NCBI GenBank assembly: GCA_002411365.1
Contig: DHSD01000027.1
Coordinates: 40,606-104,605 of the forward strand
DNA length: 64,000 nucleotides
Direction: 5' to 3'
From: Ruminococcaceae bacterium UBA5295
GTDB lineage: Bacteria > Bacillota > Clostridia > Oscillospirales > Acutalibacteraceae
The notes beneath the pieces are model-generated. The model saw only the letters and a list, made by a program, of their open reading frames with translations, ran no database searches and had not been told where the DNA came from. Of this stretch, positions 9,481 through 20,159 are shown piece after piece. Made by a program: the position numbers and the translations under genes. Each line of letters begins with the position of its first letter. Positions within the stretch are counted from its first letter, which is position 1.

Positions 9481-10413
9481 TCACGCATTGCGCATCGGAG
9501 AAAATTTTTGGTGGAAATATTCTTCCGCCTGTTCTCCGTTCCGCTTAATCTCTTCACCCAGCTGTTCAAGATCCGGAAATTTCCGTTCCGGCCGCAGGAA
9601 CTTCAGCAGGCCAACACGGACGGTGCAGCCATAAAGGTCAGGGCCCCTGTAGTGCGGCATCCACGTTTCGGCAAGCACAGCCCGGGAACCAACCGTCGGC
9701 TTTACGCCAACATTAGTCACACCGCAATAGACCTTGCTCCCCGTTGTTACGGATGAAGCATAGACACCGAGTTTCGGCAGCACAAAATCCACCGGGACAG
9801 CCTGGTTCAAAGTAGGTGTGCCAAGTTTTCGGCCAAGCTTTCGGCCCGCTATTACCGGCGACTCATAGCCGAACGGCCTTCCGAGCATACGCGCCGCTTC
9901 TTCGGCGTGCCCTTGTTTAATTAAGCTTCTTATCCTCGTTGAACTTACCGGAATGCCGCCTTCGAGCACGGCCTGCTCAATGCTGGTCTCTATGCCGTAC
10001 CTGCGGCCCAGGCGGCGCAGGTCTCCGCTTCCGGCAGTACCGCCGCGGCCAAACGTAAAATTAAAGCCGCAGCACGCTTTTTTCGTTTTGCATGTGCTGC
10101 TGAGGACTTCGCGAACAAAATCTTCGGGAGCCATATCTTTTACCGACTCAAAGTTAAGCAGGTAAAGCTGCTTTATGCCCATCTTTTCAAGCAGGTGGAT
10201 TTTTTCTTCCTGTGAAAGCAGCAGGCCGCCGAAACCGTCGGCAGCTTTTTTCGGATTTTCCGCAAATGTCAGCACTGTTGGCAGCAAGTCCTCTTTTGCA
10301 CCTTCTACCGCGGAAGATATCACTTTCCTGTGGCCTGCGTGCAGGCCGTCAAAACTGCCGAGCGCCACTGCACTTTCACCTTTGGAAAGCGTCAGATTGT
10401 CATATATTATCAT
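9481..10413 (-). CDS. ribF: Bifunctional riboflavin kinase/FAD synthetase
   Basis: ALGSFDGLHAGH, VSSTRIR, GRKLGTPTLN and NVGVKPT motifs. Confidence 0.96.
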   Translation of the reverse strand: MIIYDNLTLSKGESAVALGSFDGLHAGHRKVISSAVEGAKEDLLPTVLTFAENPKKAADGFGGLLLSQEEKIHLLEKMGIKQLYLLNFESVKDMAPEDFVREVLSSTCKTKKACCGFNFTFGRGGTAGSGDLRRLGRRYGIETSIEQAVLEGGIPVSSTRIRSLIKQGHAEEAARMLGRPFGYESPVIAGRKLGRKLGTPTLNQAVPVDFVLPKLGVYASSVTTGSKVYCGVTNVGVKPTVGSRAVLAETWMPHYRGPDLYGCTVRVGLLKFLRPERKFPDLEQLGEEIKRNGEQAEEYFHQKFSPMRNA

Positions 10414-10474
10414 TTGGATCTTTTCCCCAGTTTATAAATCGGTCTGAATATTCCGTTCTCTGCACGGCGCACAA

Positions 10475-11389
10475 TTACCGGCGTTCTTCCCGCAGCCTAA
10501 AAAGGCGCAGCACACGTAGCTCATCGCCTAAAACGGTCCCGAGCCCGAGGAACACCCCGTCAGGCGCAAAAATCCTGAACCGCATATTCTGCTGTAAAAG
10601 GCGGGCGCGCAGCGGCGTGCGCCCAACATCAAGCGCGCCCCCGTTAGAAAAGCGGACAGCCTGCGCCTGTGAAACAGAAACTTTCGGCATCCCGGCAAAA
10701 AGGCTTTCCGTCGGTTTCAGGCATTCGCCAATGCGCCCCTGCGCCGCCAGCTCTTTTGCCTGCCCTATTGTTATGGCATCGTCAAGTGAAAATCCGGAGG
10801 CGCGTGCGCGCCGCAGCGACGTCATAACGCCGCACGTGCCGAGCGCTTCGCCGAGATTGGCACAGATGGTGCGTATGTAAGTCCCTTTCGAGCAGGCGAC
10901 TTCAAGGCATCCCTCCTGTAAGGCCTCGTCGAATTCCACAAGTTCCATGCGGAAAATCGTAACAGGGCGCTTTTTCCGCTCCACTTCAATGCCTTGCCGG
11001 GCAAGGTCATAGAGCCGCCTGCCGTTCACGCTTACGGCGGAATACATCGGCGGCGTCTGCATAATATCGCCGCGGAACTGCGGCAGCACGTCCTGAAGCT
11101 GCCCACGCGTGACTTTCACGCTGCTCTGCGCCGTTACATGGCCTGTGATATCCTGTGTATCCGTGGCCGTCCCGAATCGGAAACCGGCCCTGTACTCTTT
11201 GGATGTGTCCTCAAGGAACGGCAGGGCGCGGGTCGCAGAGCCGAGAAGCAGGGGAAGCACTCCTGTTGCCATTGGGTCCAGTGTCCCCGTGTGGCCGATT
11301 TTCCTTTCATGGCATATCCCGCGCATTACGGCCACAACATCAAATGAAGTAAATCCCGCAGGTTTGTCCACCACTATAACGCCGTTCAT
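10475..11389 (-). CDS. truB: tRNA pseudouridine(55) synthase
   Basis: KIGHTGTLDPMATGVL, PPMYSAV and CSKGTYIR motifs. Confidence 0.97.
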   Translation of the reverse strand: MNGVIVVDKPAGFTSFDVVAVMRGICHERKIGHTGTLDPMATGVLPLLLGSATRALPFLEDTSKEYRAGFRFGTATDTQDITGHVTAQSSVKVTRGQLQDVLPQFRGDIMQTPPMYSAVSVNGRRLYDLARQGIEVERKKRPVTIFRMELVEFDEALQEGCLEVACSKGTYIRTICANLGEALGTCGVMTSLRRARASGFSLDDAITIGQAKELAAQGRIGECLKPTESLFAGMPKVSVSQAQAVRFSNGGALDVGRTPLRARLLQQNMRFRIFAPDGVFLGLGTVLGDELRVLRLFRLREERR

Positions 11390-12342
11390 AAATACTCATC
11401 CAGATACCTTTCCGTTTCTTCCACAATTTCCCGCTCGGCTTTTTCAGCCGGCATGTTGAGCGTGCAGCCCGCCGCACCTTTATGGCCGCCACCGCCAAAC
11501 TTTTCGCAGATTTTAGAAGCGTCAGCCGGCGGCCTGGCACGCAGAGAAACTTTATATGCCCCGTCGTCGCGCTCGCGCAGGGTTATCCCCACCTTTACGC
11601 CTTTTATGCTCCGTGGGATAGTCGCTATCCCGTCAAGGTCGTCTTCAATTGCTTCTGATTCGCGTATCATCTGTTTCGTAATGCGTATGAGCGCAACCTG
11701 GCCTTCCCTCTCAAAGCGCATCGAGCCGAGCACACGGCGCTCAAGTTCAAGCCTCGCGCGGCTTTTTGTGTCAAACATGGCGCGGTCTATCTCCGTTGTA
11801 TCTGCTCCGCATTCCATGAGCTCCGCCGCTATGCGGTGCGTTTTTGGTGTTGTGTTGACATACTGAAAACAGCCCGTATCTGTTGTGATGCCGGTGTAGA
11901 TGTCATTAGCCATAAGCCGGTCCGTTTTTACGCCGAGTGCCTTAACGAGTGAAAAAATCACCTCGCACGTTGCCGCAGCTTCCGGGTTATTTAAAGTTTC
12001 CTCGGCAAACGGCGTGCCTGATTTATGGTGGTCTATGCTCAACCCGATTTTTCTGCCGTACTGCGAATAGACCGGCTCCCCGAAAAGCGACGGGTCGGCA
12101 ACATCGACCGAAACCACAAGGTCGGGAGAAAAGCTGTCGTCGCCGAGCCCTTCAAACAGGTATTTGTACTTAGGGCCGACTTTATCTGAGCAGCGAACAG
12201 CGGCGCGCTTGCCGAGCCCCCTCATTGCGCGGCAAAGTGCACTCCCCGCGCCGAGCGTGTCGCCATCCGGAAAACTATGGCAAAGGATAATGATGCGCTC
12301 CGCACCCCGCAGAAGCGCAACGGCTTTTTCAAGGCCTGCCAT
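11386..12342 (-). CDS. nrnA: DHH/DHHA1 bifunctional oligoribonuclease/PAP phosphatase
   Basis: HSFPDGD, IDHH, TDTG and GGGGHKGAAG motifs; lies between rbfA and truB. Confidence 0.9.
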   Translation of the reverse strand: MAGLEKAVALLRGAERIIILCHSFPDGDTLGAGSALCRAMRGLGKRAAVRCSDKVGPKYKYLFEGLGDDSFSPDLVVSVDVADPSLFGEPVYSQYGRKIGLSIDHHKSGTPFAEETLNNPEAAATCEVIFSLVKALGVKTDRLMANDIYTGITTDTGCFQYVNTTPKTHRIAAELMECGADTTEIDRAMFDTKSRARLELERRVLGSMRFEREGQVALIRITKQMIRESEAIEDDLDGIATIPRSIKGVKVGITLRERDDGAYKVSLRARPPADASKICEKFGGGGHKGAAGCTLNMPAEKAEREIVEETERYLDEYL

Positions 12343-12688
12343 GTTTTTCCTCCTCAAGCTCATTAATTATGCGCTCAATGTTTGCACCATGCTCTATGGA
12401 ATCGGTGGCGCGGAAAGAAAGCTGCGGCACTTTGCGCAGCGGCAGGCGCGTACCAAGTTCATGGCGTATAAAACCATTCGCCGACTTAAGGCCTTTCACC
12501 GCTTCTTTCGCGCGGTCAAGGCCCTCCATGGCGCTTATATAAACCGTGCAGTAAGAAAGGTCGTTCGACACATCCACTCGCACAATGCTGATAAGCCCCT
12601 GCACACGCGGGTCTTTGAGCTTGCGGAAAATCGCCGTCAGTTCACGCATGATATCTTCCGTTACGCGGCCATGTTTATAGCTTGCCAT
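12329..12688 (-). CDS. rbfA: Ribosome-binding factor A
   Basis: KDPRV, DLSYCTVY and LRKVPQLSF motifs; follows infB. Confidence 0.96.
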   Translation of the reverse strand: MASYKHGRVTEDIMRELTAIFRKLKDPRVQGLISIVRVDVSNDLSYCTVYISAMEGLDRAKEAVKGLKSANGFIRHELGTRLPLRKVPQLSFRATDSIEHGANIERIINELEEEKHGRP

Positions 12689-12774
12689 TTTTTCTCCTCC
12701 TCCCGGCACTCACCGGCCGGACGCAGACTTTTATATTTGTGCCCCAAAGCTTTAAAGTTCAGGCAAAATGGGAT

Positions 12775-15273
12775 TTATTCGCGGTATTCCTCTATTTTGT
12801 AAGCCTCGAACACGTCTCCCTCTTTTATATCGTTATATTTCTGAAGGCCGATGCCGCAGTCATAGCCTTCAAGCACTTCTTTGGCATCATCTTTAAAGCG
12901 TTTGAGGGAAGCAACGCTGTCTTCGGCGAGCACCACTCCATCGCGCACAACACGTATTTTTGCGTCGCGCGTGACTTTGCCGCTTGCAACATGAGCGCCT
13001 GCAATCGTGCCCACACTGCTTATATGGTAGACCTGGCGCACTTCGGCCTTGCCGAGCGCGGCTTCGCGCAGCTTCGGCGCAAGCATTCCCTTAAGGGCAG
13101 AGCGCACTTCGTTTATGCAGTCGTAAATCACGCGGTAGAGGCGTACGTCAACGCCGTCGCGCTTTGCATTCTCTTCTGCGACGTTGTCGGGGCGGACATT
13201 GAAGCCGATTATAATGGCGTTCGAAGCCACGGCGAGCATCACGTCGGATTCATTGATGGCGCCGACGCCACTGTGTATGATGTCTACGCGCACTTCGTCA
13301 TTGCTGAGCTTCTCAAGCGACTGGCAAACCGCCTCAACAGAACCCTGAACGTCAGCCTTAACTACAAGCTGAAGCGACTTCATATCGCCTTTCTGCATCT
13401 GCTCAAAGAGGTTGTCGAGGGTAACTTTTGTGCGCGAGTTGAACTTCTTTTCTTTCTTTTCGCTGCGGCGCTGCTGCACAAGCTCACGCGCAAGGCGCTC
13501 ATCTGTGACAACGTCGAAAACGTCGCCGCCAAGCGGCACGTCGTCAAGCCCCGTAATCTCTACAGGCACGCTCGGGCCGGCCGATTTTATCGGCTTCCCG
13601 TTCTCGTCCATCATTGCGCGCACGCGCCCCACCGTAGTGCCGGCAACAACTATATCGCCCTTGTGCAGAGTACCGTTCTGGACGAGGATAGTCGCCATAG
13701 GCCCGCGGCCTTTGTCAAGCCGCGCCTCTATTACGGTGCCCTTCGCGGCGCGGTCTGGGTTTGCTTTCAGCTCTTTAAGGTCAGCAACGAGAAGGACTGT
13801 GTCGAGCAGCTCTTTTATGCCGGTTTTCTTTACGGCCGAAACCTGCACGCAAGGCGTGTCTCCGCCCCACTGCTCCGGCACAATGCCGTACTTTGTAAGC
13901 TGCTCCATGACCATTTCCGGATTTGCGCCCGGCTTATCCATTTTGTTTATCGCCACGATAATCGAGACCTTAGCGGCCTGCGCGTGATGGATAGCCTCAA
14001 CCGTCTGCGGCATGATGCCGTCGTCCGCCGCAACTACAAGTATTGCTATGTCCGTCACCTGGGCACCGCGGGCACGCATTGTAGTGAAAGCCTCATGGCC
14101 CGGCGTGTCGAGGAACGTAACATCGCGCTTGCCTACATTTACACGGTAAGCGCCGATGCGCTGCGTAATGCCGCCGGCTTCGGTTGCGGTCACGTTCGTG
14201 TGGCGTATGGCGTCAAGCAGGGAAGTCTTGCCGTGGTCTACGTGACCCATAACAACGATTACAGGCGCACGCGGCACAAGGTCTTTGTCGTCGTCTTCGC
14301 TGTCGTCGATTATCTGGTCCTCTATGGTTACGACTACTTCCTTCTGCACTTTTGCATGGAACTCCATCGCAACAAGCGAAGCAGTGTCGAAATCAATAAC
14401 GTCGTTTATCGCTGCAAAAGTTCCGAGGTTCATTAGTTTTTTGATGACTTCGGCCGCCGTAGCCTTAAGGCGCATTGCAAGCTCCCCAACCGTGATATGC
14501 TCAGGTATCTGGACGGTGATAGGCTTGTTTTTGCGCTCGAGCGCAATGCGGTGCAGGCGTTCTGATTCCGTTTCCCTGTGCGAATGGTACCTGCCGCGGT
14601 AGCGGGTGCTGCGCTGGTTAAGTTTCTGCTTCTTCACGGTATTGTCGTTAAGGCGCACTTTTTCGGACGCAAGGCGGTCGTATCTTTCGTTGTAGCGGTC
14701 AAGCTCCACATTTGGCGTATGGGTATCTATTATCCTTCCGGCAGGCCTGCTGACGGTAGCGCTCGTCCCCATGCGCACCGTCTGCTGCTGAGGGCGCTTT
14801 TTCGCCACTGGCTGCTGCATACTGCGTTGACGTACCTGCTTATTCTGCTGGGCAACCGGCGATGCCGAAGTTGCAGGCCTGCGCTGGTTGTAGCTTACAG
14901 GCCTGCGGTTCTGCGGCGCGGCGCGGTGCGGTTCTTTAGGTGTGGCACCTGCGGCGACCTGCGGCGCCGTTTTTGCCGCTGGTTTTTCTGCTGGCATGCG
15001 TTTTTGGGCAGGTTTTTCCGGTTCAATCACCACATCTGGCTTTTCGGGCTCCACAACCGGCTGGCGCTTTGCAGCCTGCGCAAAATATTCGTCCAGCTTT
15101 GCGCAGCTGTGCTGCTGTGTAAAAGTTTCAAATACCATGTCGAGCTCATCCTCGGTAAGGGCAGTCATATGCTTTTTCGTTTCGCCCGTATATTTCTGCA
15201 GGACATCTATGACCTGCTTGTTAGGCACATTCAGATCCTTCGCCACTTCATGGACTCTGTATTTCATCATCAT
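12775..15273 (-). CDS. infB: Translation initiation factor IF-2
   Basis: [21 protein letters not shown] and NKMD GTPase motifs. Confidence 0.99.
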   Translation of the reverse strand: MMMKYRVHEVAKDLNVPNKQVIDVLQKYTGETKKHMTALTEDELDMVFETFTQQHSCAKLDEYFAQAAKRQPVVEPEKPDVVIEPEKPAQKRMPAEKPAAKTAPQVAAGATPKEPHRAAPQNRRPVSYNQRRPATSASPVAQQNKQVRQRSMQQPVAKKRPQQQTVRMGTSATVSRPAGRIIDTHTPNVELDRYNERYDRLASEKVRLNDNTVKKQKLNQRSTRYRGRYHSHRETESERLHRIALERKNKPITVQIPEHITVGELAMRLKATAAEVIKKLMNLGTFAAINDVIDFDTASLVAMEFHAKVQKEVVVTIEDQIIDDSEDDDKDLVPRAPVIVVMGHVDHGKTSLLDAIRHTNVTATEAGGITQRIGAYRVNVGKRDVTFLDTPGHEAFTTMRARGAQVTDIAILVVAADDGIMPQTVEAIHHAQAAKVSIIVAINKMDKPGANPEMVMEQLTKYGIVPEQWGGDTPCVQVSAVKKTGIKELLDTVLLVADLKELKANPDRAAKGTVIEARLDKGRGPMATILVQNGTLHKGDIVVAGTTVGRVRAMMDENGKPIKSAGPSVPVEITGLDDVPLGGDVFDVVTDERLARELVQQRRSEKKEKKFNSRTKVTLDNLFEQMQKGDMKSLQLVVKADVQGSVEAVCQSLEKLSNDEVRVDIIHSGVGAINESDVMLAVASNAIIIGFNVRPDNVAEENAKRDGVDVRLYRVIYDCINEVRSALKGMLAPKLREAALGKAEVRQVYHISSVGTIAGAHVASGKVTRDAKIRVVRDGVVLAEDSVASLKRFKDDAKEVLEGYDCGIGLQKYNDIKEGDVFEAYKIEEYRE

Positions 15274-15599
15274 TAAATCGTTCCTCCTCGTTCTTCCGCG
15301 CCCAGTTTAACAAGCGCTTTTGCAAACCCCGTATCATTTACCGCAATGGCACCGGCCCGTTTCCCAAGCGACGCCTCGGCTTCATCCATTCCCACAGAAA
15401 GCACTCCGACCGGCACACCAGCCATTTCGGCCGTTTCACGAATACTGCGCACCGTCCGCTGTGAAAGGTCACAGCTCAGCAGCACAAGTTTTGCGCGGTG
15501 CCTGCGCACCGACTCTTTCACGGCCTCGCTGCCGAGCTCCAGTTTTCCAGCCTTGCGGGCTATGCCAAGCAGGTTCATCAGCCGTCTATTTATTTCCAA
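15273..15599 (-). CDS. ylxQ: L7Ae-family RNA-binding protein (YlxQ)
   Basis: LLGIARKAGKLELG motif; position in the nusA operon; probable TTG start after GAGGAGGAG. Confidence 0.85.
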   Translation of the reverse strand: MEINRRLMNLLGIARKAGKLELGSEAVKESVRRHRAKLVLLSCDLSQRTVRSIRETAEMAGVPVGVLSVGMDEAEASLGKRAGAIAVNDTGFAKALVKLGAEERGGTI

Positions 15600-15858
15600 G
15601 CAGCTCCTCCTCCATGCGATCGTAAACTTCATCCGGGATCTTGCACGAAAAGGCTTTTTCAAAACGGTGCGCTTTCCGCGCGGCTTTCAGGCAGGATGGG
15701 TTCCTGCACACATACGCGCCGCGGCCCGGTTTCTTGCCGGTAAGGTCAAGCAAAATTTCCCCCTGGGGCGACCGCACTACACGTACCATCTCCTTCTTTG
15801 GTTTCATCTCGCCGCACCCGGCACACATGCGCAGCGGTATTTTCCTTTTGCGGATCAT
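15586..15858 (-). CDS. ylxR: YlxR/RnpM family RNA-binding protein
   Basis: PLRMCAGC, KKEMVRVV and GKKPGRGAYVC motifs. Confidence 0.93.
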   Translation of the reverse strand: MIRKRKIPLRMCAGCGEMKPKKEMVRVVRSPQGEILLDLTGKKPGRGAYVCRNPSCLKAARKAHRFEKAFSCKIPDEVYDRMEEELLGNK

Positions 15859-15887
15859 GGCCTTTCCCCCTCCTGGCACAAGCAGAT

Positions 15888-16997
15888 TTATTTCTCAGGT
15901 TCATTCTCGCCGTAAAAACCGCTTTCAGGCTTTATGTCTATTTTCCATCCTGTAAGGCGGGCGGCAAGGCGGGCATTCTGGCCCTTGTTGCCGATAGCAA
16001 GCGAAAGCTGGCTGTCAGGCACGCTGACACGGCATGCACGGGAACCATCCTCAGCCGGCACGACATCAAGCACATTCGCCGGCGACAGAGCAGAAGCAAT
16101 GAACTTGCACGGGTCATCACTGTACTCTATTATGTCTATTTTTTCACCGCCAAGCTCATCTACTACATGGTTTACCCTCGTGCTCTTAGCGCCTATGCAT
16201 GCGCCTACGGCATCTACGTCTGGGTTATGGCTCGTGACGGCGATTTTTGTGCGTGAACCGGCCTCGCGCGATATTGCCTTTATCTCGACTGTCCCGTCAT
16301 ATATCTCAGGCACTTCTTCTTCAAACAGGCGGCGCACAAGATCCGGGTGCACACGGCTGATAATTGCGCGCGGGCCGCGCTCCGTCTCGCGCACGTCAAC
16401 TACATACACTTTTATGTGGTCACCGGAATGCAGCGCTTCGCCCGGCACCTGCTCCGACTTAGGCAAAACCGCTTCGGCATGGCCTATCTGAAGCGTCGCG
16501 GCCCCCGTGCGCGGGTCTACCTGGTCAACAACAGCCGAAACAAGCTCCTGGTGCTTGCTCTCAAACTCCTGCAGCATCCTGCTGCGCTCGCCTTCCCTTA
16601 CGCCCTGCCTGATTATGTTTCTCGCCGTCATGGCTGCAATGCGCCCAAAATCCCTCGTGTTAAGCGGCACCGCAACAGTCTCGCCTACAGAAGCCGTAGG
16701 GTCAACCGTACGCGCTTTTTCCAACAGGATTTCTTTGCCCGGCACAGTCACGTTATCGACGACAGTTTTGTTTAGAAAAACCTGAAATATTCCTTTTGCC
16801 TGGTCTGTGTTCACGATGCAGTTGTCGTTGTCATAGCTGTTTTTGCAAGCTGTGATTATTGCTTTTTTAATGCGCTCCAGCATGAAGTCGACGGAAATGC
16901 CCCGTTCTTTCTCAAGCGACTGCAGGGCTGCAAAAATTTCGGCACTGCTGTTTTCCTCGTTATCCTTGCTGCTTTTTTTGCTTTTGCTTCTGCTCAT
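15888..16997 (-). CDS. nusA: Transcription termination/antitermination factor NusA
   Basis: FGRIAA, LFEEEVPEI, REAGSRTKIAV and AIGNKGQNARLAARLTGWKIDI motifs. Confidence 0.98.
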   Translation of the reverse strand: MSRSKSKKSSKDNEENSSAEIFAALQSLEKERGISVDFMLERIKKAIITACKNSYDNDNCIVNTDQAKGIFQVFLNKTVVDNVTVPGKEILLEKARTVDPTASVGETVAVPLNTRDFGRIAAMTARNIIRQGVREGERSRMLQEFESKHQELVSAVVDQVDPRTGAATLQIGHAEAVLPKSEQVPGEALHSGDHIKVYVVDVRETERGPRAIISRVHPDLVRRLFEEEVPEIYDGTVEIKAISREAGSRTKIAVTSHNPDVDAVGACIGAKSTRVNHVVDELGGEKIDIIEYSDDPCKFIASALSPANVLDVVPAEDGSRACRVSVPDSQLSLAIGNKGQNARLAARLTGWKIDIKPESGFYGENEPEK

Positions 16998-17003
16998 GGT
17001 TTT

Positions 17004-17495
17004 TCATTCTCCTCCAAAAAAATCATCTTCACGCAGCCGCACCGAAGAGGTTTCCCTGCGAGAGATCTCTTCCGGATCTCCGGAATCCGGCAAAACGGTG
17101 AATGTGCTGCCCGAAAATGCCGTAAGCTTCCCGGTGATTACGCGGCGCCCATCTTCACCCGGGCGTATAAGGCGCACCGTTACCTCGCTGCCAATGTATG
17201 CCTCAAAATGCTCCGGCCTTGTGAGCTCGCGGTCAATGCCGGGCGACGAGACCTCAAGGCAATATGTGTCTGGCACCGGGTCGAGCTTATCAAGCGGCCC
17301 GTTAATCGCACGGCTCAGGTTTTCACAGTCCTCAATGCCCACACCGCCGGGCTTGTCGATAAATATGCGAAGGTACCACGCGCCACCCTCTTTTACATAG
17401 TGTACATCCCAGACCGAAAGCCCAAGCTCTGCCGCATAAGGCTTAACAAACTTCCTGACTGTCTCGGCAACGCCGCCCCGTTTTCTGTCAGCCAA
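17004..17495 (-). CDS. rimP: Ribosome maturation factor RimP
   Basis: LRIFIDK, EDCE and LEVSSPGIDREL motifs; TTG start after GAGGTGA. Confidence 0.95.
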   Translation of the reverse strand: MADRKRGGVAETVRKFVKPYAAELGLSVWDVHYVKEGGAWYLRIFIDKPGGVGIEDCENLSRAINGPLDKLDPVPDTYCLEVSSPGIDRELTRPEHFEAYIGSEVTVRLIRPGEDGRRVITGKLTAFSGSTFTVLPDSGDPEEISRRETSSVRLREDDFFGGE

Positions 17496-17519
17496 ACCAT
17501 TCACCTCATAATACAAACA

Positions 17520-17543
17520 AAAGAGCGGGTCGCCCCACTCTTT
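17520..17543 (-). promoter_or_regulatory. rimP (ylxS) leader hairpin/attenuator
   Basis: aaagagtggggcgacccgctcttt, the conserved Firmicute rimP leader; sigma-A promoter TTGCAT-N17-TAAAAT at 17570-17598. Confidence 0.75.
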
Positions 17544-17608
17544 CATCCTCACTTTAATATTCTTATAAGATTTTAGCACATTCCGGCCTGAAATGCAAGT
17601 GTCTAAGA

Positions 17609-18148
17609 TCATTCTTCCATCTGTTTTCCAAGGAATGACGCGGCTACCTGAACGAGCTTTGCGGCCGTTTCAATAGGAATGTTTTCTTCATTTTCTGGCT
17701 GGAAGACAATTACGGCGCCCGCAACGTCGCTTGCCGCCAAAATCGGGCAGATTATTTCCGCCGGCCGGTTTATCCCTTCCACAGGAATGACTTTCTCACC
17801 TGACGTGGAAAGATATGTGCGGCGTGCCTGCACGCATTCCTCCATCTCGGGTGTAACGCGACGCTCCATATATTCCTTGCGCGAAACGCCGGACGCCGCC
17901 ACGATGTGGTCGCGGTCACTAATTACCGTAGGCAGGCCGGCAGTGCGGTTCAGAACTTCAGCATATTGTGAAGCGAAAGTCGAAAGCTCACCGACCGGAG
18001 AATATTTTTTGAAAATCACGCCTCCCTGAGAGTCCGTAAATATCTCGAGGGCATCTCCTTCGCGTATGCGCAGCGTTCGGCGGATTTCTTTCGGTATTAC
18101 AATGCGCCCAAGGTCGTCTATCCTTCGTACGATGCCTGTTGCTTTCAT
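17609..18148 (-). CDS. spoVT: Stage V sporulation protein T (AbrB-like plus GAF domain)
   Basis: MKATGIVRRIDDLGRIVIPKEIRRTLRIREGD N-terminus and FLGKQME C-terminus. Confidence 0.97.
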   Translation of the reverse strand: MKATGIVRRIDDLGRIVIPKEIRRTLRIREGDALEIFTDSQGGVIFKKYSPVGELSTFASQYAEVLNRTAGLPTVISDRDHIVAASGVSRKEYMERRVTPEMEECVQARRTYLSTSGEKVIPVEGINRPAEIICPILAASDVAGAVIVFQPENEENIPIETAAKLVQVAASFLGKQMEE

Positions 18149-18185
18149 ATTATCTTCCTCCTAAAACGCAACGGTTTAATAATCT

Positions 18186-18214
18186 TAGTATCCGCAGGAA
18201 AAAGCGGGCTATAC
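18186..18214 (-). promoter_or_regulatory. Putative sigma-G/F forespore promoter of spoVT
   Basis: GTATA-N17-GATACTA on the minus strand upstream of spoVT. Confidence 0.6.
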
Positions 18215-18371
18215 TTATTTTTTCCATTTAAGCCAAAGAAACAAAAAGCGGGCCGCCTTTTTTCAAAAGCAAGCCCTCCGCATATGCGCAATGCAAAATC
18301 ATCTTGCCAGCCTGCACAAAGGGGGTTATAATTTATATCAATGTAAATTAAATGTCATTGGGGGAACTTTC

Positions 18372-18818
18372 GTGAAAAAATCGCTGAAGTTCTGCGTGGC
18401 TGCCCTTGCCGCAGCCGTTGTTGCTGCTTTTGCGGGCTGCTCGGCACGCACGGCAATATCTGCAGATGATTTTCAGAAGCAGGCCAAGAGCTCCGGTTTC
18501 TCTGTATCCGAAGCGGCAGGCAATGATTCCGGCGCGGAGAAAAGCCTTGTAGCAACAAAGGACGGCTCCGACGTTGAAATAGATTTCCATGCCTTTTCGG
18601 ATGCAGGCAATGCGCAGGGCTGGTACACGTCACAAAAAGGCAGCCTCGCCAGCTCAGGAAAGGTTGTTGTTGACAGCGACAACTACAATAAATACACACT
18701 CGCAAACGGCGAGATGTACTATGTACTTGTCCGCATGGACAAAACAGCCATTTTATGCAAAACGACAACCGACAAGAAAAACGAGGCCGACAGTTTTCTG
18801 AAAACAATCCATTACTGA
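18372..18818 (+). CDS. Putative lipoprotein
   Basis: GTG start; signal peptide MKKSLKF...FAGC with lipobox. Confidence 0.8.
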   Translation: MKKSLKFCVAALAAAVVAAFAGCSARTAISADDFQKQAKSSGFSVSEAAGNDSGAEKSLVATKDGSDVEIDFHAFSDAGNAQGWYTSQKGSLASSGKVVVDSDNYNKYTLANGEMYYVLVRMDKTAILCKTTTDKKNEADSFLKTIHY

Positions 18819-18832
18819 CTGTATTAATCTAT

Positions 18833-18878
18833 AGAAAGATCCCCCGGACGCATGTTATGCTGTTCCGGGGGATCTTTC
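18833..18878. terminator. Bidirectional terminator
   Basis: agaaagatcccccgga...tccgggggatctttct between convergent genes. Confidence 0.8.
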
Positions 18879-18881
18879 TGC

Positions 18882-19310
18882 CTACGGCATCAGTTTTTTT
18901 ACCGCTTCCTCAGCATGGTGCAGCAGAGCAGGCTCAATATCTGGATAAGTCAGCTCGCCCGGCACTCCGTCAAAAAATTCTACGTGCCACGTTTCAGAAT
19001 CCGGGAAGGCAAAAAACTCTTGTATCTCGGCGAAATAGAGCATTCCGAAAATCTGCCCGCCGGATTCTTCTTTCACTTTGTAAACGCAGACCGGAACCAT
19101 GCGGAATCTTGCAGCACCTGTTTTTTCATAGAGCCAGCGGCGCGCAGTTTCTTCTATATTTTCGTCTGATTTTCTGCTTCCGCACGGAATTTCATAGGTA
19201 TCCCGGCCTTTTCCCTTGCAGAACACCCATTTCCCATGGTAGTGTGAAGCGACCGCTGCAAATTTCAGCGTGTCATCGTCGGCACTTTCCATAAAAAAGA
19301 CTTCATGCAT
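18882..19310 (-). CDS. Nudix-fold protein with degenerate Nudix box
   Basis: KFAAVAS..GKWVFCK..YEIPCG..E..ARRWLYEKTGA and LTYPDI resemble clostridial Nudix proteins; ATG at 19310 after GGAGGG. Confidence 0.8.
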   Translation of the reverse strand: MHEVFFMESADDDTLKFAAVASHYHGKWVFCKGKGRDTYEIPCGSRKSDENIEETARRWLYEKTGAARFRMVPVCVYKVKEESGGQIFGMLYFAEIQEFFAFPDSETWHVEFFDGVPGELTYPDIEPALLHHAEEAVKKLMP

Positions 19311-19440
19311 GAAATCCCTCCATAATGAAAAACTCTTCCAGCGCAAATAAAACGCATTATAAAACCCCGATGGCAAGAGCACAGGCATACCGGCTCCTGC
19401 CGCATATCAAAAGCCAACAGGTAACAGCCCTGCAACAAGT

Positions 19441-20091
19441 TTAAAAGTTGCTGCCGGCACCCTTCAGTTTCCTAATTGCCTCGGCCGCATCCGGAGCTCC
19501 AAAAACCGCCGTTCCCGCAACACAGACATCAACCCCGGCATCCGCAGCTATGCTCACTGTGTCAGCATTAATGCCACCGTCAACTTCAACAAGTAAATCC
19601 GGCTTTTTCTTTTTCAGTGCGCGCACTTTGGGCATCATATCAACCATAAATTTCTGGCCGCCGAAACCCGGTTCCACAGTCATCACAAGCACAAGGAACA
19701 GGCTTTCAAGATATGGGAATACAGCCTCAACAGGCGTTGCAGGCTTAATTGCCATGGCCGGCTTTGCGCCGCTCGCCACTATGGCATCTATAACTTTCTG
19801 CGGATCTTTAACAGCTTCAAAATGGAATGATATAATATCTGCTCCCGCCCTGCGGAATTCCGTTAGGTACCTCAGCGGGTCATCCACCATGAGGTGAACG
19901 TCAAAAGGCTTTTTTGTGCAGCAGCGCACCGCTGCCACCACAGGCGGCCCAAATGTAAAGTTCGGCACAAAGCGACCGTCCATCACATCAAGGTGGATCC
20001 AGTCGGCGCCAGCTTTATCTGCACGGGCAATCTCGCTGCCAAGCCTTGAAAAATCTGAAGCCAGTATCGACGGTGCTACCAACATGTCCAT
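19441..20091 (-). CDS. rpe: Ribulose-phosphate 3-epimerase
   Basis: APSILASDF, HLDVMDG, MTVEPGFGGQ and VDGGI motifs; own promoter TTGAAA-N17-TACAAT at 20109-20137. Confidence 0.97.
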   Translation of the reverse strand: MDMLVAPSILASDFSRLGSEIARADKAGADWIHLDVMDGRFVPNFTFGPPVVAAVRCCTKKPFDVHLMVDDPLRYLTEFRRAGADIISFHFEAVKDPQKVIDAIVASGAKPAMAIKPATPVEAVFPYLESLFLVLVMTVEPGFGGQKFMVDMMPKVRALKKKKPDLLVEVDGGINADTVSIAADAGVDVCVAGTAVFGAPDAAEAIRKLKGAGSNF

Positions 20092-20159
20092 TCATCCTCT
20101 CCACGCATATTGTAACCCAATCCGCCTGCAATTTCAACAAACCGCATATTCTTTTGCAC

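Noticed and set aside
12682-14436. 584-aa plus-strand ORF
   Set aside because: Antisense shadow of infB; no RBS or recognisable motifs. The same applies to the many ORFs opposite pgm, proB, pnp, mnmE, gyrA and gyrB.
14700-15080. Low-complexity P/A/Q-rich segment of IF-2
   Set aside because: Normal variable linker of IF-2.
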